Positions 17,929 to 28,896 of a stretch of 35,699 nucleotides of DNA are shown here, one piece after another. Numbering within the stretch: the first letter of the stretch is position 1; each line of letters starts with the position of its first letter. Source of the DNA: Chromatiaceae bacterium (GTDB lineage Bacteria > Pseudomonadota > Gammaproteobacteria > Chromatiales > Chromatiaceae). A model generated the notes under the pieces. The model saw only the letters and a program-made list of their open reading frames with translations, was not told the origin of the DNA and did no database searches. The DNA lies in the NCBI GenBank assembly GCA_041736365.1, contig JBGSTR010000023.1, positions 1 through 35,699 of the forward strand, given 5' to 3'. The translations under genes were made by a program, and so were the position numbers.

Positions 17929-18267
17929 AACGCCGTGCAGGGCGCCTCGGAGGCGCCAATTGCGTCATTAAATTGAAATATTACGATCTTATAAATCGTT
18001 TTTTGACGGCATAAGTTAGTTTTTATTCCCGGCTGGTTGGCTTTAGTCCAGAATAAGGCCCCTTTGGGAGGGGTCGCGATCCTGCGGCACCGTCCTGAAG
18101 GGGTAGATCCCGGCGGCGGGATCGAGTCAGCCAGCTACGGCCGAGAAGCCCTGCGTACCTCATTTCCGACACCGCGTCCCAGCCATCGGATCAATCGCCT
18201 CCGGTTAGTATTCGGGCGGTCGCGGCACGCGCAAAATTTTGGTCATCGTTAGACATCAGGAGGGGCA

Positions 18268-20274
18268 ATGTCCTCACGCAAAGAGCTCGCAAACGCGATC
18301 CGTGCGCTCAGCATGGATGCCGTGCAAAAGGCCAACTCCGGTCATCCGGGGGCACCCATGGGCATGGCGGACATCGCCGAGGTCCTGTGGAACGACTTCA
18401 TGACCCACAATCCGGCCAATCCGGACTGGCCGAACCGCGACCGCTTCGTGCTCTCCAACGGGCACGGATCGATGCTGATTTATTCCTTGCTGCACCTGAC
18501 CGGCTACGCGCTGAGCATCGAGGACTTGCAGCAGTTTCGCCAACTGCACTCGAAGACGCCGGGGCATCCCGAGTACGGCTACGCGCCGGGTGTCGAGACC
18601 ACCACCGGCCCGCTGGGTCAGGGCATCAGCAACGCGGTCGGCATGGCGCTGGCCGAGAAGGTGCTGGCCGGCCAGTTCAACCGGCCCGGCCATGAGATCA
18701 TCGATCATCACACCTACGTATTCCTCGGCGACGGCTGCCTGATGGAAGGCATCTCCCACGAGGCCTGCTCGCTCGCCGGAGCCCTGGGGCTCGGCAAGCT
18801 CGTCGCGGTCTACGACGACAACAACATCTCCATCGACGGCGAGGTGCGCGGCCACGGCAGCACCCCGGCCTGGTTCCTGGACGATACGCCCAAGCGCTTC
18901 GAGGCCTACGGCTGGCACGTGATCTCCAAGGTCGACGGCCACAACCCGGACGCGGTGCGTGCGGCGATTGAAGACGCCCGCTCGGTCACCGACCGCCCGT
19001 CCCTCATCTGCTGCCAAACCATCATCGGCTACGGCTCGCCGAACAAGCAGGGCAAAGAGGAATGCCACGGTGCCGCGCTCGGCAACGACGAGGTCGCACT
19101 GACCCGCGAGGCGCTGGGCTGGCCCTACGCGCCGTTCGAGATCCCGGCCGAGATCTATGATGGCTGGAGCGCCAAGGAGCGCGGCGCCAAGGCCGAGGCC
19201 GACTGGAACACCAAGCTGGATGCCTACGCGTCCGCGTTCCCGGCCGAGGCCGCCGAGCTGCGCCGCCGCATGGCCGGCGACCTGCCTGCGGATTGGGCGG
19301 AGCAGGCCGATGGATTTATCGCCTCCGTGGTGGAGAAGGCGGAGACCATCGCCTCGCGCAAGGCCTCGCAGAATGCACTCAACGGTTTCGGTCCGCTGCT
19401 GCCCGGTCTACTCGGCGGCTCGGCCGATCTGGCGGGGTCCAACCTGACCATTTGGAAGGGCTGCAAGGGCGTCGGCAAGGAAGACGCCTCGGGTAACTAC
19501 GTGTACTACGGCGTGCGCGAGTTCGGCATGTCCGCGATCATGAACGGCGTCGCGCTGCACGGCGGGTTCATCCCCTACGGCGCGACCTTCCTGATGTTCT
19601 CGGAGTACGCCCGCAACGCGCTGCGCATGGCGGCCCTGATGAAGATCCAGTCGATCTTCGTCTACACCCACGACTCAGTCGGTCTGGGCGAGGACGGTCC
19701 GACCCACCAGCCGGTCGAGCAGATCCCGACCCTGCGCATGATCCCGAACATGAGCGTGTGGCGCCCCTGCGACGCAGTCGAGTCCGCGGTTGCCTGGAAG
19801 CTCGCGATCGAGCGCACGAACGGCCCGAGCTGCCTGATCTTTTCGCGCCAGAATCTGGCCCACATGGAGCGCAGCTCGGCACAGATCGCCGACATCGCGC
19901 GCGGCGGTTATGTCCTGCGCGATTGCTCGGGCACGCCGGATGCGATCATCATCGCCACCGGCTCGGAGGTCGAGCTGGCGGTGAAGGCGGCCGAGGCCCT
20001 GTCCGGCAAGGCGGTCCGCGTGGTCTCCATGCCCTCGACCGATTGCTTCGATGCCCAGGACGAGGCCTACCGCGAGTCGGTGCTGCCCAAGGCGGTCACC
20101 GCCCGGGTCGCGGTCGAGGCGGCGGTCACCGACGGCTGGTGGAAATACGTCGGCACCAACGGCGCGGTGGTCGGCATCAACCGATTCGGCGAATCCGCAC
20201 CGGCGGGCGCGCTGTTCAAGGAGTTTGGCTTCACCGTCGACAATGTCGTTGCGACGGTTCAGGGCGTGCTGTAA
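18268..20274 (+). CDS. tkt: transketolase
   Basis: 668 aa. [43 protein letters not shown] (ThDP motif), and the SADLAGSN...YGVREFGM...[15 protein letters not shown] blocks. AGGAGG SD. Confidence 0.98.
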   Translation: MSSRKELANAIRALSMDAVQKANSGHPGAPMGMADIAEVLWNDFMTHNPANPDWPNRDRFVLSNGHGSMLIYSLLHLTGYALSIEDLQQFRQLHSKTPGHPEYGYAPGVETTTGPLGQGISNAVGMALAEKVLAGQFNRPGHEIIDHHTYVFLGDGCLMEGISHEACSLAGALGLGKLVAVYDDNNISIDGEVRGHGSTPAWFLDDTPKRFEAYGWHVISKVDGHNPDAVRAAIEDARSVTDRPSLICCQTIIGYGSPNKQGKEECHGAALGNDEVALTREALGWPYAPFEIPAEIYDGWSAKERGAKAEADWNTKLDAYASAFPAEAAELRRRMAGDLPADWAEQADGFIASVVEKAETIASRKASQNALNGFGPLLPGLLGGSADLAGSNLTIWKGCKGVGKEDASGNYVYYGVREFGMSAIMNGVALHGGFIPYGATFLMFSEYARNALRMAALMKIQSIFVYTHDSVGLGEDGPTHQPVEQIPTLRMIPNMSVWRPCDAVESAVAWKLAIERTNGPSCLIFSRQNLAHMERSSAQIADIARGGYVLRDCSGTPDAIIIATGSEVELAVKAAEALSGKAVRVVSMPSTDCFDAQDEAYRESVLPKAVTARVAVEAAVTDGWWKYVGTNGAVVGINRFGESAPAGALFKEFGFTVDNVVATVQGVL

Positions 20275-21375
<1,101 letters not shown>

Positions 21376-21383
21376 GGTGGTTG

Positions 21384-21408
21384 GGCGCGCCGGGATCCCC
21401 GGCGCGCC
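21384..21408. repeat. 11-bp-stem inverted repeat just after the gap stop
   Basis: GGCGCGCCGGG-atc-CCCGGCGCGCC, starting 9 nt after the TAG of gap. No T-run follows. Confidence 0.7.
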
Positions 21409-21474
21409 GTAGTCCACCGTTTGTAGAATGTCTCGGCGTCGACAGGTGCTGCTGCATCCCCCGTCGGCGCCGAG

Positions 21475-21506
21475 CCATTGGTAAAGCCCCGGGGCTTTAC
21501 CAATGG
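21475..21506. repeat. perfect 32-nt palindrome upstream of pgk
   Basis: CCATTGGTAAAGCCCC|GGGGCTTTACCAATGG, with 16-nt arms, no spacer and no mismatch. It lies 35 nt upstream of the pgk ATG. Confidence 0.9.
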
Positions 21507-21540
21507 CCCCGTTCACCAACCACGCGAGAGGGTTGTACCC

Positions 21541-22722
21541 ATGTCCTTCATTAAGCTCACCGATCTCGATCTCGCCGGCAAGCGCGTGCTGATCCGCTCC
21601 GACCTCAACGTTCCGGTCAAGGACGGCAAGGTCACCTCGGATGCCCGAATCACCGCCTCCATGCCGACCTTCGAGCACTGTATCAAGGCCGGCGCTCGCG
21701 TCATGGTGATGTCGCACCTGGGTCGCCCGGAGGAGGGCATCTACTCCGAGGAGAACTCGCTGGCCCCCGTGGCGGCCGATCTATCCGCCAAGATGGGTAA
21801 GCCGGTACGTCTGGTGAAGGATTATCTGGAGAGCGCCCCGCAACTGGCCGACGGCGAGCTGGTGCTGCTGGAGAACGTGCGCTTCAACAAGGGCGAGAAG
21901 AAAGACAACGAGGATCTCTCCAAGCAATACGCCGCCCTCTGCGACGTCTTCGTGATGGACGCCTTTGGCACCGCCCACCGCGCCCAAGCATCCACCCACG
22001 GCGTCGGCAAGTTCGCGCCGACCGCCTGCGCCGGTCTGCTGCTGGCCGAGGAGCTCGATGCCCTGAAGAAGGCCCTGGCCAATCCGGCCCGGCCCATGGT
22101 CGCCATCGTCGGCGGCTCCAAGGTTTCCACCAAGCTCACGGTGCTCGAGGCACTCTCGGAGAAGGTCGACCAGCTGGTGGTCGGTGGCGGTATCGCCAAC
22201 ACCTTCCTGGCTGCCTCCGGCTACAACGTCGGCAAGTCTCTGTGCGAGCACGACCTGATACCGACTGCCCAGGCGCTGATGGAGAAGATGACGGCGCGCG
22301 GCGCCACCATCCCGATCGCGGTCGACGTGGTGTGCGGCAAGAAGTTCGACGAAAACGAGCCGGCGGTGCTGAAGGATGCAGCGGACGTGGTCGACGACGA
22401 CATGATCTTCGACATCGGACCCAAGTCCGCGGAGGAGCTTGCCGCGATCATCGCCAAGGCGGGCACCATCGTCTGGAACGGGCCGGTGGGCGTGTTTGAA
22501 TTCGACCAGTTCGGCGCCGGGACCAAGACCGTCTCCATGGCGATCGCGAACGCCCCCGGCTTCAGCCTGGCGGGCGGCGGCGACACTATCGCCGCGATCC
22601 AGAAATACGATATCTACGACCAGGTGTCCTACATCTCCACCGCCGGCGGGGCATTCCTCGAGTATCTCGAGGGCAAGACACTCCCGGCCGTGGCGATGCT
22701 CGAGGCGCGGGCGAAGGATTAG
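21541..22722 (+). CDS. pgk: phosphoglycerate kinase
   Basis: [25 protein letters not shown]..., MSHLGRP, FGTAHRA and GGGDT motifs. Start at ATG 21541. The longer track ORF begins inside the palindrome. Confidence 0.97.
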   Translation: MSFIKLTDLDLAGKRVLIRSDLNVPVKDGKVTSDARITASMPTFEHCIKAGARVMVMSHLGRPEEGIYSEENSLAPVAADLSAKMGKPVRLVKDYLESAPQLADGELVLLENVRFNKGEKKDNEDLSKQYAALCDVFVMDAFGTAHRAQASTHGVGKFAPTACAGLLLAEELDALKKALANPARPMVAIVGGSKVSTKLTVLEALSEKVDQLVVGGGIANTFLAASGYNVGKSLCEHDLIPTAQALMEKMTARGATIPIAVDVVCGKKFDENEPAVLKDAADVVDDDMIFDIGPKSAEELAAIIAKAGTIVWNGPVGVFEFDQFGAGTKTVSMAIANAPGFSLAGGGDTIAAIQKYDIYDQVSYISTAGGAFLEYLEGKTLPAVAMLEARAKD

Positions 22723-22823
22723 GCGAGTGCGCTTGCCGACCGGCGCTCGCCGCTGCGTCCCCCGACCACCGACGCCGCTAATCCGGTCGCCGGCTCGGCA
22801 ACAGAACGCTAAAGGTCACGGCG

Positions 22824-24266
22824 ATGCCTAGGCGCACCAAGATTGTCGCAACGCTCGGTCCGGCGACCGACGCCCCGGGGGTCATGGATGACCTGATCGC
22901 CGCCGGCGTCGACGTGGCGCGGCTCAATCTCTCCCACGATACCCACGACCGTCACCGCGAGCGCATTCGCCATCTGCGCGAGAAATCCGGCGCCGCCGGC
23001 CGCGAGGTCGCCCTGTTGGTGGATCTGCAGGGTCCGAAGATCCGCATCGGACAATTCCGCGACGGCGCGGTCACGTTGGCCGCCGGAGACGCGTTTGCCA
23101 TCGATGCCGCGTGCCCGCTCGAGGACGGCAACGGGCAGCGAGTCGGGACCACCTATCCGCAGCTGCCGGACGACGTACAGGCGGGAGACAATCTGCTGCT
23201 GGACGATGGGGCGATCGAGCTGCAGGTCGACGCCGTGGTCGAGCGTTGCATCGAGTGCACGGTGATCGCCGGCGGAACGCTCTCCGGCAGCAAGGGCATC
23301 AATCGCAAGGGTGGGGGCCTGTCCGCACCGGCGCTGACCGCGAAGGACGAAGAAGACATTCGCTTCGCCGCCGAGGTCGAGGCCGACTATCTCGCCGTGT
23401 CGTTCGTGCGCAACGGCGACGATGTGCGACTTGCTCGCGAGCTGTTTCACGAGGCCGGCGGCTATGGCGGCATCGTCGCAAAGATCGAGCGGGCGGAGGC
23501 ACTGCGCGCCATCGACGACATCATTGCCGCCGCGGACGTGATCATGGTCGCGCGGGGGGATCTCGGAGTCGAGATCGGCGACGCCAAGCTACCCGCGGTG
23601 CAAAAGCACCTGATCAGCCGGGCGCGCGAGCTCAACAGTGTCGTCATTACCGCGACGCAGATGATGCAGTCGATGATCGAGAATCTGATCCCGACCCGCG
23701 CCGAGGTTTTCGACGTCGCCAACGCGGTGCTCGACGGCACCGACGCGGTGATGCTCTCGGCCGAGAGCTCGATCGGCCGCAATCCACCCAACGTGGTGGC
23801 CGCGCTCGATCGCATCTGCGTGGAGGCGGAGAAGCAGGCGACCCGCTCCAAGCACCGGCTCAACTCGGTGTTCGGGCGCGTGGACGAGGGGATCGCGATG
23901 GCCGCGATGTATACCGCGAATCATCTCGGCGTGAAGGCCATTGCCGCCCTGACGGAAACCGGCGCCACGGTGAAATGGATGTCGCGCATCAGCTCGGGAA
24001 TCCCGATCTATGCCATGACCCGATTCCCGGCGACCCGAAGAAAGGTAAGGCTTTTCCGCGGTGCATATCCGGTAAGCTTTGACGTGGCGAGCACCGACAT
24101 TCACGAAGTGAACGAAGAAGTAATCGAAGAGCTGCTGCGCCGAGGCACCGTGCGCGACGGCGACTTGGTGATTATCACCAAGGGCGACCGTTCCGGCGTC
24201 GAGGGGCAGACCAATATCATGAAGATCATGCGCGTTGGCGAGCACCGCTTGCTCACCGACGACTAG
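22824..24266 (+). CDS. pyk: pyruvate kinase
   Basis: 480 aa. [37 protein letters not shown]-like ATQMMQSM, and MLSAES. Confidence 0.96.
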   Translation: MPRRTKIVATLGPATDAPGVMDDLIAAGVDVARLNLSHDTHDRHRERIRHLREKSGAAGREVALLVDLQGPKIRIGQFRDGAVTLAAGDAFAIDAACPLEDGNGQRVGTTYPQLPDDVQAGDNLLLDDGAIELQVDAVVERCIECTVIAGGTLSGSKGINRKGGGLSAPALTAKDEEDIRFAAEVEADYLAVSFVRNGDDVRLARELFHEAGGYGGIVAKIERAEALRAIDDIIAAADVIMVARGDLGVEIGDAKLPAVQKHLISRARELNSVVITATQMMQSMIENLIPTRAEVFDVANAVLDGTDAVMLSAESSIGRNPPNVVAALDRICVEAEKQATRSKHRLNSVFGRVDEGIAMAAMYTANHLGVKAIAALTETGATVKWMSRISSGIPIYAMTRFPATRRKVRLFRGAYPVSFDVASTDIHEVNEEVIEELLRRGTVRDGDLVIITKGDRSGVEGQTNIMKIMRVGEHRLLTDD

Positions 24267-24310
24267 TTTCCCAACCAACCGTACCCGCGAATCGATACGA
24301 GGAGAACCAA

Positions 24311-25375
24311 ATGGCCCTGATTTCACTGCGTCAGATGTTGGATCACGCCGCCGAGCACGGTTACGGCGTCCCAGCCTTCAACGTAAACAACCTGGAGCAG
24401 ATGCGCGCGATCATGGAAGCCGCCGACGAGACCGACTCCCCGGTCATCGTGCAGGCCTCCGCCGGCGCCCGCAAGTATGCCGGCGCCCCCTTCCTGCGCC
24501 ACCTGATCCTGGCCGCCATCGAGGAATGGCCGCATATCCCGGTGTGCATGCACCAGGACCACGGGACCTCGGCGGCCGTTTGCCAACGCTCGATCCAGCT
24601 CGGATTCAGCTCGGTGATGATGGACGGCTCCTTGGGCGAGGACGGCAAGACCCCCGCCTCCTACGAGTACAACGTCGACGTCACTCGCCGTGTGGTCGAG
24701 ATGGCGCACTCGTGCGGCGTCTCGGTCGAGGGTGAGCTGGGCTGCCTGGGTTCGCTCGAGACCGGCATGGCCGGCGAAGAGGACGGCATCGGCGCCGAGG
24801 GTCAGCTCGACCACAGCCAGCTGCTCACCGACCCGGAAGAGGCCGCCGACTTCGTGCGCAAGACCGGTGTGGATGCACTCGCCATCGCCATCGGCACCTC
24901 CCACGGTGCCTACAAGTTCACCCGTCCGCCCACGGGCGACATCCTGGCCATCGAGCGCATCAAGGAGATCAACGCGCGCATCCCCAATACCCATCTGGTG
25001 ATGCACGGCTCCTCGTCGGTTCCCCAGGACTGGCTGGCCATCATCAACCAGTACGGCGGCGCCATGGGCGAGACCTACGGCGTGCCGGTCGAGGAGATCG
25101 TCGAGGGCATCAAGCACGGCGTGCGCAAGGTCAATATCGACACGGATCTGCGCATGTCCTCCACCGGCGCCATCCGCAAGTTCCTGGCCGAGAATCCCAA
25201 GGAATTCGACCCGCGCAAGTACTTCGCCGTGGCCACCAAGGCCATGAAGGGCATCTGCAAGGACCGCTACGAGGCCTTCGGCACCTCCGGCAACGCGAGC
25301 AAGATCAAGGCACTCTCGCTGGAGGCCATGACCGCCCGCTACGCCAAGGGCGAGCTGGACCCCAAGGTCAACTGA
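24311..25375 (+). CDS. fba: class II fructose-bisphosphate aldolase (354-aa Calvin-cycle/gluconeogenic subtype)
   Basis: [30 protein letters not shown]..., [26 protein letters not shown]. Length and insertions match the CbbA-like subtype. Confidence 0.96.
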   Translation: MALISLRQMLDHAAEHGYGVPAFNVNNLEQMRAIMEAADETDSPVIVQASAGARKYAGAPFLRHLILAAIEEWPHIPVCMHQDHGTSAAVCQRSIQLGFSSVMMDGSLGEDGKTPASYEYNVDVTRRVVEMAHSCGVSVEGELGCLGSLETGMAGEEDGIGAEGQLDHSQLLTDPEEAADFVRKTGVDALAIAIGTSHGAYKFTRPPTGDILAIERIKEINARIPNTHLVMHGSSSVPQDWLAIINQYGGAMGETYGVPVEEIVEGIKHGVRKVNIDTDLRMSSTGAIRKFLAENPKEFDPRKYFAVATKAMKGICKDRYEAFGTSGNASKIKALSLEAMTARYAKGELDPKVN

Positions 25376-25398
25376 TCCCGGCCAGTCTGTAGCCGATC

Positions 25399-25427
25399 AA
25401 GGGGCGCTGCGGCGCCCCTTTTTTTGG
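25399..25427 (+). terminator. rho-independent terminator of the tkt-fba cluster
   Basis: AAGGGGCGC-tgcg-GCGCCCCTT followed by TTTTT, 24 nt after the fba stop. Confidence 0.88.
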
Positions 25428-25598
25428 GGTCGGATCGATCCCGTGGCGCGGTCCCGGCCTGCGATCCGGGCGTGCCGAGGCGCAACAAGATACGCGGGGG
25501 CAAGATCTGTTTCGACGCGCGAAAATCTTTCGCGTGACCCTGGAAATTAGGTTTAAAACCGTCGCGGTCGCGGCCATCGTTCGGCGAACAGCGCGGCA

Positions 25599-26003
25599 AT
25601 GAGCACCATGACCGATACCGAGAAATATCCTTGTCCATGTTGCGGTCACCGGGTCCACGACTTGGAGCCCGGGTTTCATCAGATCTGCCCCATCTGCGGC
25701 TGGGAGGACGACCTCAGTCAACTGCGATTCCCGCAGATGCCCGGCAGCAGCAACGGGGTCTGTCTGCAGGAGGCGCAACGGAACTTCGAGGAGTATGGTG
25801 CGTCCGAGCGTCGCACCCGCGGCACCACCCGGGTTCCGGTCGACGGCGAGGAGCGCGAGCAGGGCTGGCGTCCGCTGGACGTTGCCCGCGACAACGTAGA
25901 GCAGCCGCGACGCGGGATTGCCTACGCCGACTCCTATCCCTGGCCGGACACGACTGTGCTCTACTACTGGCGGTCTACGTACTGGCGACGGGTGGTCGGG
26001 TAA
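25599..26003 (+). CDS. CPCC-family cysteine-rich protein
   Basis: KYPCPCCGHRV...FHQICPICGWEDDLSQLRFP...NGVCLQEAQRNFEEYGA matches the Cys_rich_CPCC domain pattern (CPCC...ICP.C.WEDD). Confidence 0.75.
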   Translation: MSTMTDTEKYPCPCCGHRVHDLEPGFHQICPICGWEDDLSQLRFPQMPGSSNGVCLQEAQRNFEEYGASERRTRGTTRVPVDGEEREQGWRPLDVARDNVEQPRRGIAYADSYPWPDTTVLYYWRSTYWRRVVG

Positions 26004-26117
26004 CCGGGTCGTCCGGATGATTTGGCGCTTGGCTGGCGGCTCATGGCTGGTTCCGGTCAGCGTTCGTAGGGTCAAGCGAAGCGGACCCACCAAAGCCATA
26101 GGCCTCGGCGGATCCGG

Positions 26118-26217
26118 CGCTAAGCCGTTGAAAATGGAGCGGTCCGGGAGTCGCGCCTCTCGGACCGCGAGCTGATTAAATGCCAGGACGGCATTTAATC
26201 AGCGTCTCCCTAAGGGG
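26118..26217 (+). repeat. structured repeat, copy 4 (right half only)
   Basis: TTGAAAATGGAGCGGTCCGGGAGTCGCGCCTCTCGGACCGCGAGCTGATTAAATGCCAGGACGGCATTTAATCAGCGTCTCCCTAAGGGG is nearly identical to the right ~90 bp of copy 1. Left-half hairpins are absent. Its end overlaps the pdxH stop codon (26210-26212). Confidence 0.85.
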
Positions 26218-26854
26218 CGAGGCGCTGCACACGCCAGCCTCCATCCGGGCCGCGGACATACTGAAAGCGGTCATGTAGTCGGCTTTCTCGCCCCTGCCAG
26301 AATTCGAACATCTCCGGCTCGATTCGGAACCCGCCCCAAAAGTCCGGCAACGGGACGCTGCCATGGGCGAACTTTCGTTTCATCTCGGCCACCTTCATCT
26401 CCAACACCGAGCGCGAGGAGATAACCTGGCTCTGCGGTGACGACCAGGCGCCGATCTGGCTGCCCCGGGGCCGCGTCGTGAAGTACTTCAGCGAATCCAG
26501 GGACGATATCCGCGCCGCGACTCCCGTAATCTGCACCTGCCGAGCTAACGCAACCCAGGGAAAAAGCACCGAAACGTGTGAATTTCCTTCGATATGCTTC
26601 GATTTGCGGCTTTCATAGTTGGTAAAGAACACGAAGCCCTGGGTGTCATAGAGCTTGAGCAGGACCGTCCGGGCGTAGGGCTGCCCGTTCGCGTCCACCG
26701 TGCAGAGCGTCATCGCATTGGGCTCGGGCAGTCCGGTTGCGATCGTGGACGAATACCAGTCCTGGAACTGCTTGACCGGGTCCGGATCAAGCTCGCCTTC
26801 AGACAGACCGCGGTCCATCGCCTCGCGGCGGAATTCCTCCGGATTCACGTTCAT
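26210..26854 (-). CDS. pdxH: pyridoxamine 5'-phosphate oxidase
   Basis: 214 aa from ATG 26854 (GAGGAAGG SD). Motifs: EPNAMTLCTVD..G.P.ARTVLLK, FFTNYESRKS, QV.I.G and the C-terminal WRVQRLAP typical of PdxH. The track ORF's 79-aa extension is rejected. Confidence 0.93.
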   Translation of the reverse strand: MNVNPEEFRREAMDRGLSEGELDPDPVKQFQDWYSSTIATGLPEPNAMTLCTVDANGQPYARTVLLKLYDTQGFVFFTNYESRKSKHIEGNSHVSVLFPWVALARQVQITGVAARISSLDSLKYFTTRPRGSQIGAWSSPQSQVISSRSVLEMKVAEMKRKFAHGSVPLPDFWGGFRIEPEMFEFWQGRESRLHDRFQYVRGPDGGWRVQRLAP

Positions 26855-26903
26855 GTGCCTTCCTCGGTCGTGACTGACGCCGCGTTCCCCGAGCTTAGCA
26901 GCA

Positions 26904-28268
26904 CTAGGTCGAGCGTTCGCGAAACAGCGACGGGTCGAGATGATGGCGAGACAGCAGCTTATAGAATTCGGTGCGATTACGTTTCGCAAGACGCGCCGCC
27001 TTGGCGACGTTCCCATGCGAAACTTGCATGATTCGGACCAGGTAGTCGCGCTCGAATTGATTCTGCGCCTCGGCCAGCGGCACGATTTCACCCGTTCGCC
27101 CGCGCAGCGCGCGCTGCACCAGGGAGGTCGGAATGAGTGGCGTGGTGGCGAAGACCGCTACCTGCTCCACGATATTGCGCAGCTGCCGAACATTGCCCGG
27201 CCACGGGGCGGTCAAGAGCATCTCCATCGCCTCTTTGGAAAACCCGCCGCAGGGCTTCTTCAGGCGAGCGCGCGCGTTGGCAAGAAACTGATTCGCCAAC
27301 AGCGGGATGTCCTCGCGCCGATCCGCCAATGCCGGCACCTCCAGCATCACCACATTCAGTCGATAATAGAGATCTTCTCTGAAAGTGCCTTCGGCGACCG
27401 CCTCATCCAAGTCGCGGTGGGTCGCCGAGATGATCCGAACGTCGATTGGCTCCGCGTTGCGGGCTCCGACCGCTCGAACTTCCTTCTCCTGCAGGACCCG
27501 CAATAGCTTGGTTTGAAACTCGAGCGGCATGTCGCCGATCTCGTCCAGGAAGAGCGTTCCGGTGTTCGCCACACGAAACAGTCCCAGGTGGTTCTGTATC
27601 GCACCGGTGAACGCCCCCTTCTGATGTCCGAAAAGCTCGGATTCCAGCAGCGGCTCCGGGATCGCGCCGCAATTGACGGGAACGAACGGACCGTCGCGCC
27701 GATCGCTCGCCTGGTGAATCGCCTTTGCCAGCAGCTCCTTGCCGGTTCCACTTTGACTCTGCAGCAACACGCTCACGTCGCTCACGGCCACTTGCGCGGC
27801 CTCTTCCAACAAGTGGCGCATCACCGCGCTTTCTCCGACGATCTCGCGCCGCCAGTCGCTCTCGGCGGTGGGTGCCGCTCGGGAGACGGTCGGTGTCCCG
27901 TGCTCGATCGCATCCCTAACGCAGCTTAGAAGCCCGACGCTGTCGAAGGGCTTCGTGAGGTAGCCGAAAATCCCCTTGCGAGTCGCCTCCACCGCATCCG
28001 GGATGGTGCCGTGCGCGGTTAGGATGATCACGGGCAGCGACGCGAATCGCTGCCGCAGGCGATCGAAGAGCTGAACGCCGTCCATGCCGTCCATGCGCAA
28101 ATCGGTGATCACCAAGTCGACCTTACGCGCGCAGGCCTTACCCAGCGCCTCTTTTCCACTCTGCGCCGTTTCCACCTCGTAGCCATTGCTGCGAAGTCGA
28201 ATCGAGAGCAGCCGCAGTAAATCCGGGTCGTCGTCGACCAGCAGGATCGTTTTATTTTTGATCATCAT
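26904..28268 (-). CDS. glrR: sigma54-dependent response regulator, GlrR/QseF-like (NtrC family)
   Basis: Receiver domain (LLVDDDPDLLRLLSIRL...DLVITDLRMDGMDG, ILTAHGTIPDAVEA). AAA+ sigma54-activator domain (GQSGTGKE, ESELFGH.KGAFTGA, GTLFLDEIGDM, REDLYYRL). C-terminal HTH (RNRTEFYKLLSRH). It is co-linear with my recollection of E. coli GlrR, and the kinase / YfhG-like / regulator gene order matches. Confidence 0.85.
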   Translation of the reverse strand: MMIKNKTILLVDDDPDLLRLLSIRLRSNGYEVETAQSGKEALGKACARKVDLVITDLRMDGMDGVQLFDRLRQRFASLPVIILTAHGTIPDAVEATRKGIFGYLTKPFDSVGLLSCVRDAIEHGTPTVSRAAPTAESDWRREIVGESAVMRHLLEEAAQVAVSDVSVLLQSQSGTGKELLAKAIHQASDRRDGPFVPVNCGAIPEPLLESELFGHQKGAFTGAIQNHLGLFRVANTGTLFLDEIGDMPLEFQTKLLRVLQEKEVRAVGARNAEPIDVRIISATHRDLDEAVAEGTFREDLYYRLNVVMLEVPALADRREDIPLLANQFLANARARLKKPCGGFSKEAMEMLLTAPWPGNVRQLRNIVEQVAVFATTPLIPTSLVQRALRGRTGEIVPLAEAQNQFERDYLVRIMQVSHGNVAKAARLAKRNRTEFYKLLSRHHLDPSLFRERST

Positions 28269-28896
28269 CGTTCTCCGGGGCCGGGGTCGGCGCGGGAGCC
28301 GGAATATTCACGGATCTTTGTGTTTCCGTGATGGTCTGTTCAATCTGTTTAAGCTGCTCCAATTGTGCCTCGAGACGTGCAACCTCGGCATTGAGCTCGC
28401 CTACCTTCGACTGCAGCGCGGTGTTTTCGTCTTTCATCGCAATGGTGGACTGCTTATTGCGGCCACTCGACGCGTTCACCCATTCCAGTTCGTCCAACAG
28501 ATCACGCACCAGTTGGGCCAGGTCGCGATCTTCCTCGTTCTGGAACTCCAAGTCGCGGGAATACTCGTACAAAAGCCGGCGCGCCCGCGTGTAGTCGACG
28601 AACGGGGTGTCGGGCAGTGACAGGATGAGCGCGAGCATCAATTTGTGGCGTGCGCTTCCGCCCTGCGCGACTCGCCACTCCACCAGATAGAATTGCTCCA
28701 ACTGCTTGTGCTCGGTCGCGGAGCGCAGCCAACCGTAGTACGCGAGGAGACTCGGCGGGGTCTGAAACCCCCCCGCCCATGGCTGATTCTCCTGCGTGGG
28801 CGCTTGTCCTGCCGCGCCGACCTCGGCCGATGCCGCGAGGCTGTGGCTGGACAGGAGTAGGACGGCGAGGTACAGGAGGCCCGGGCATTTGCTCAT
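28252..28896 (-). CDS. YfhG/QseG-like periplasmic accessory protein
   Basis: 214 aa with signal peptide MSKCPGLLYLAVLLLSSHSLAASA, a C-terminal coiled coil (LQSKVGELNAEVARLEAQLEQLKQIEQTITETQRS) and a Pro/Ala tail. It sits between the kinase and regulator with overlapping stop/start codons, as yfhG does in glrK-yfhG-glrR. No lipobox Cys was seen. Confidence 0.6.
   Translation of the reverse strand: MSKCPGLLYLAVLLLSSHSLAASAEVGAAGQAPTQENQPWAGGFQTPPSLLAYYGWLRSATEHKQLEQFYLVEWRVAQGGSARHKLMLALILSLPDTPFVDYTRARRLLYEYSRDLEFQNEEDRDLAQLVRDLLDELEWVNASSGRNKQSTIAMKDENTALQSKVGELNAEVARLEAQLEQLKQIEQTITETQRSVNIPAPAPTPAPENDDDQK

Noticed and set aside
17941-17957. GGCGCC-tcgga-GGCGCC hairpin after the thioredoxin-like gene as a terminator
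   Set aside because: The stem is short (6 bp) and no T-run follows. It is mentioned only as part of the tkt leader region.
21384-21408. AscI (GGCGCGCC x2) and BamHI (GGATCC) sites in a palindrome, plus GGATCC inside the odd ccmC segment (32893-32898), as possible cloning scars
   Set aside because: GC-rich 6-8-mers like these are expected in ~64% GC DNA and within GC palindromes. The flanks are native gene ends and reading frames are intact. There is no vector-like sequence.
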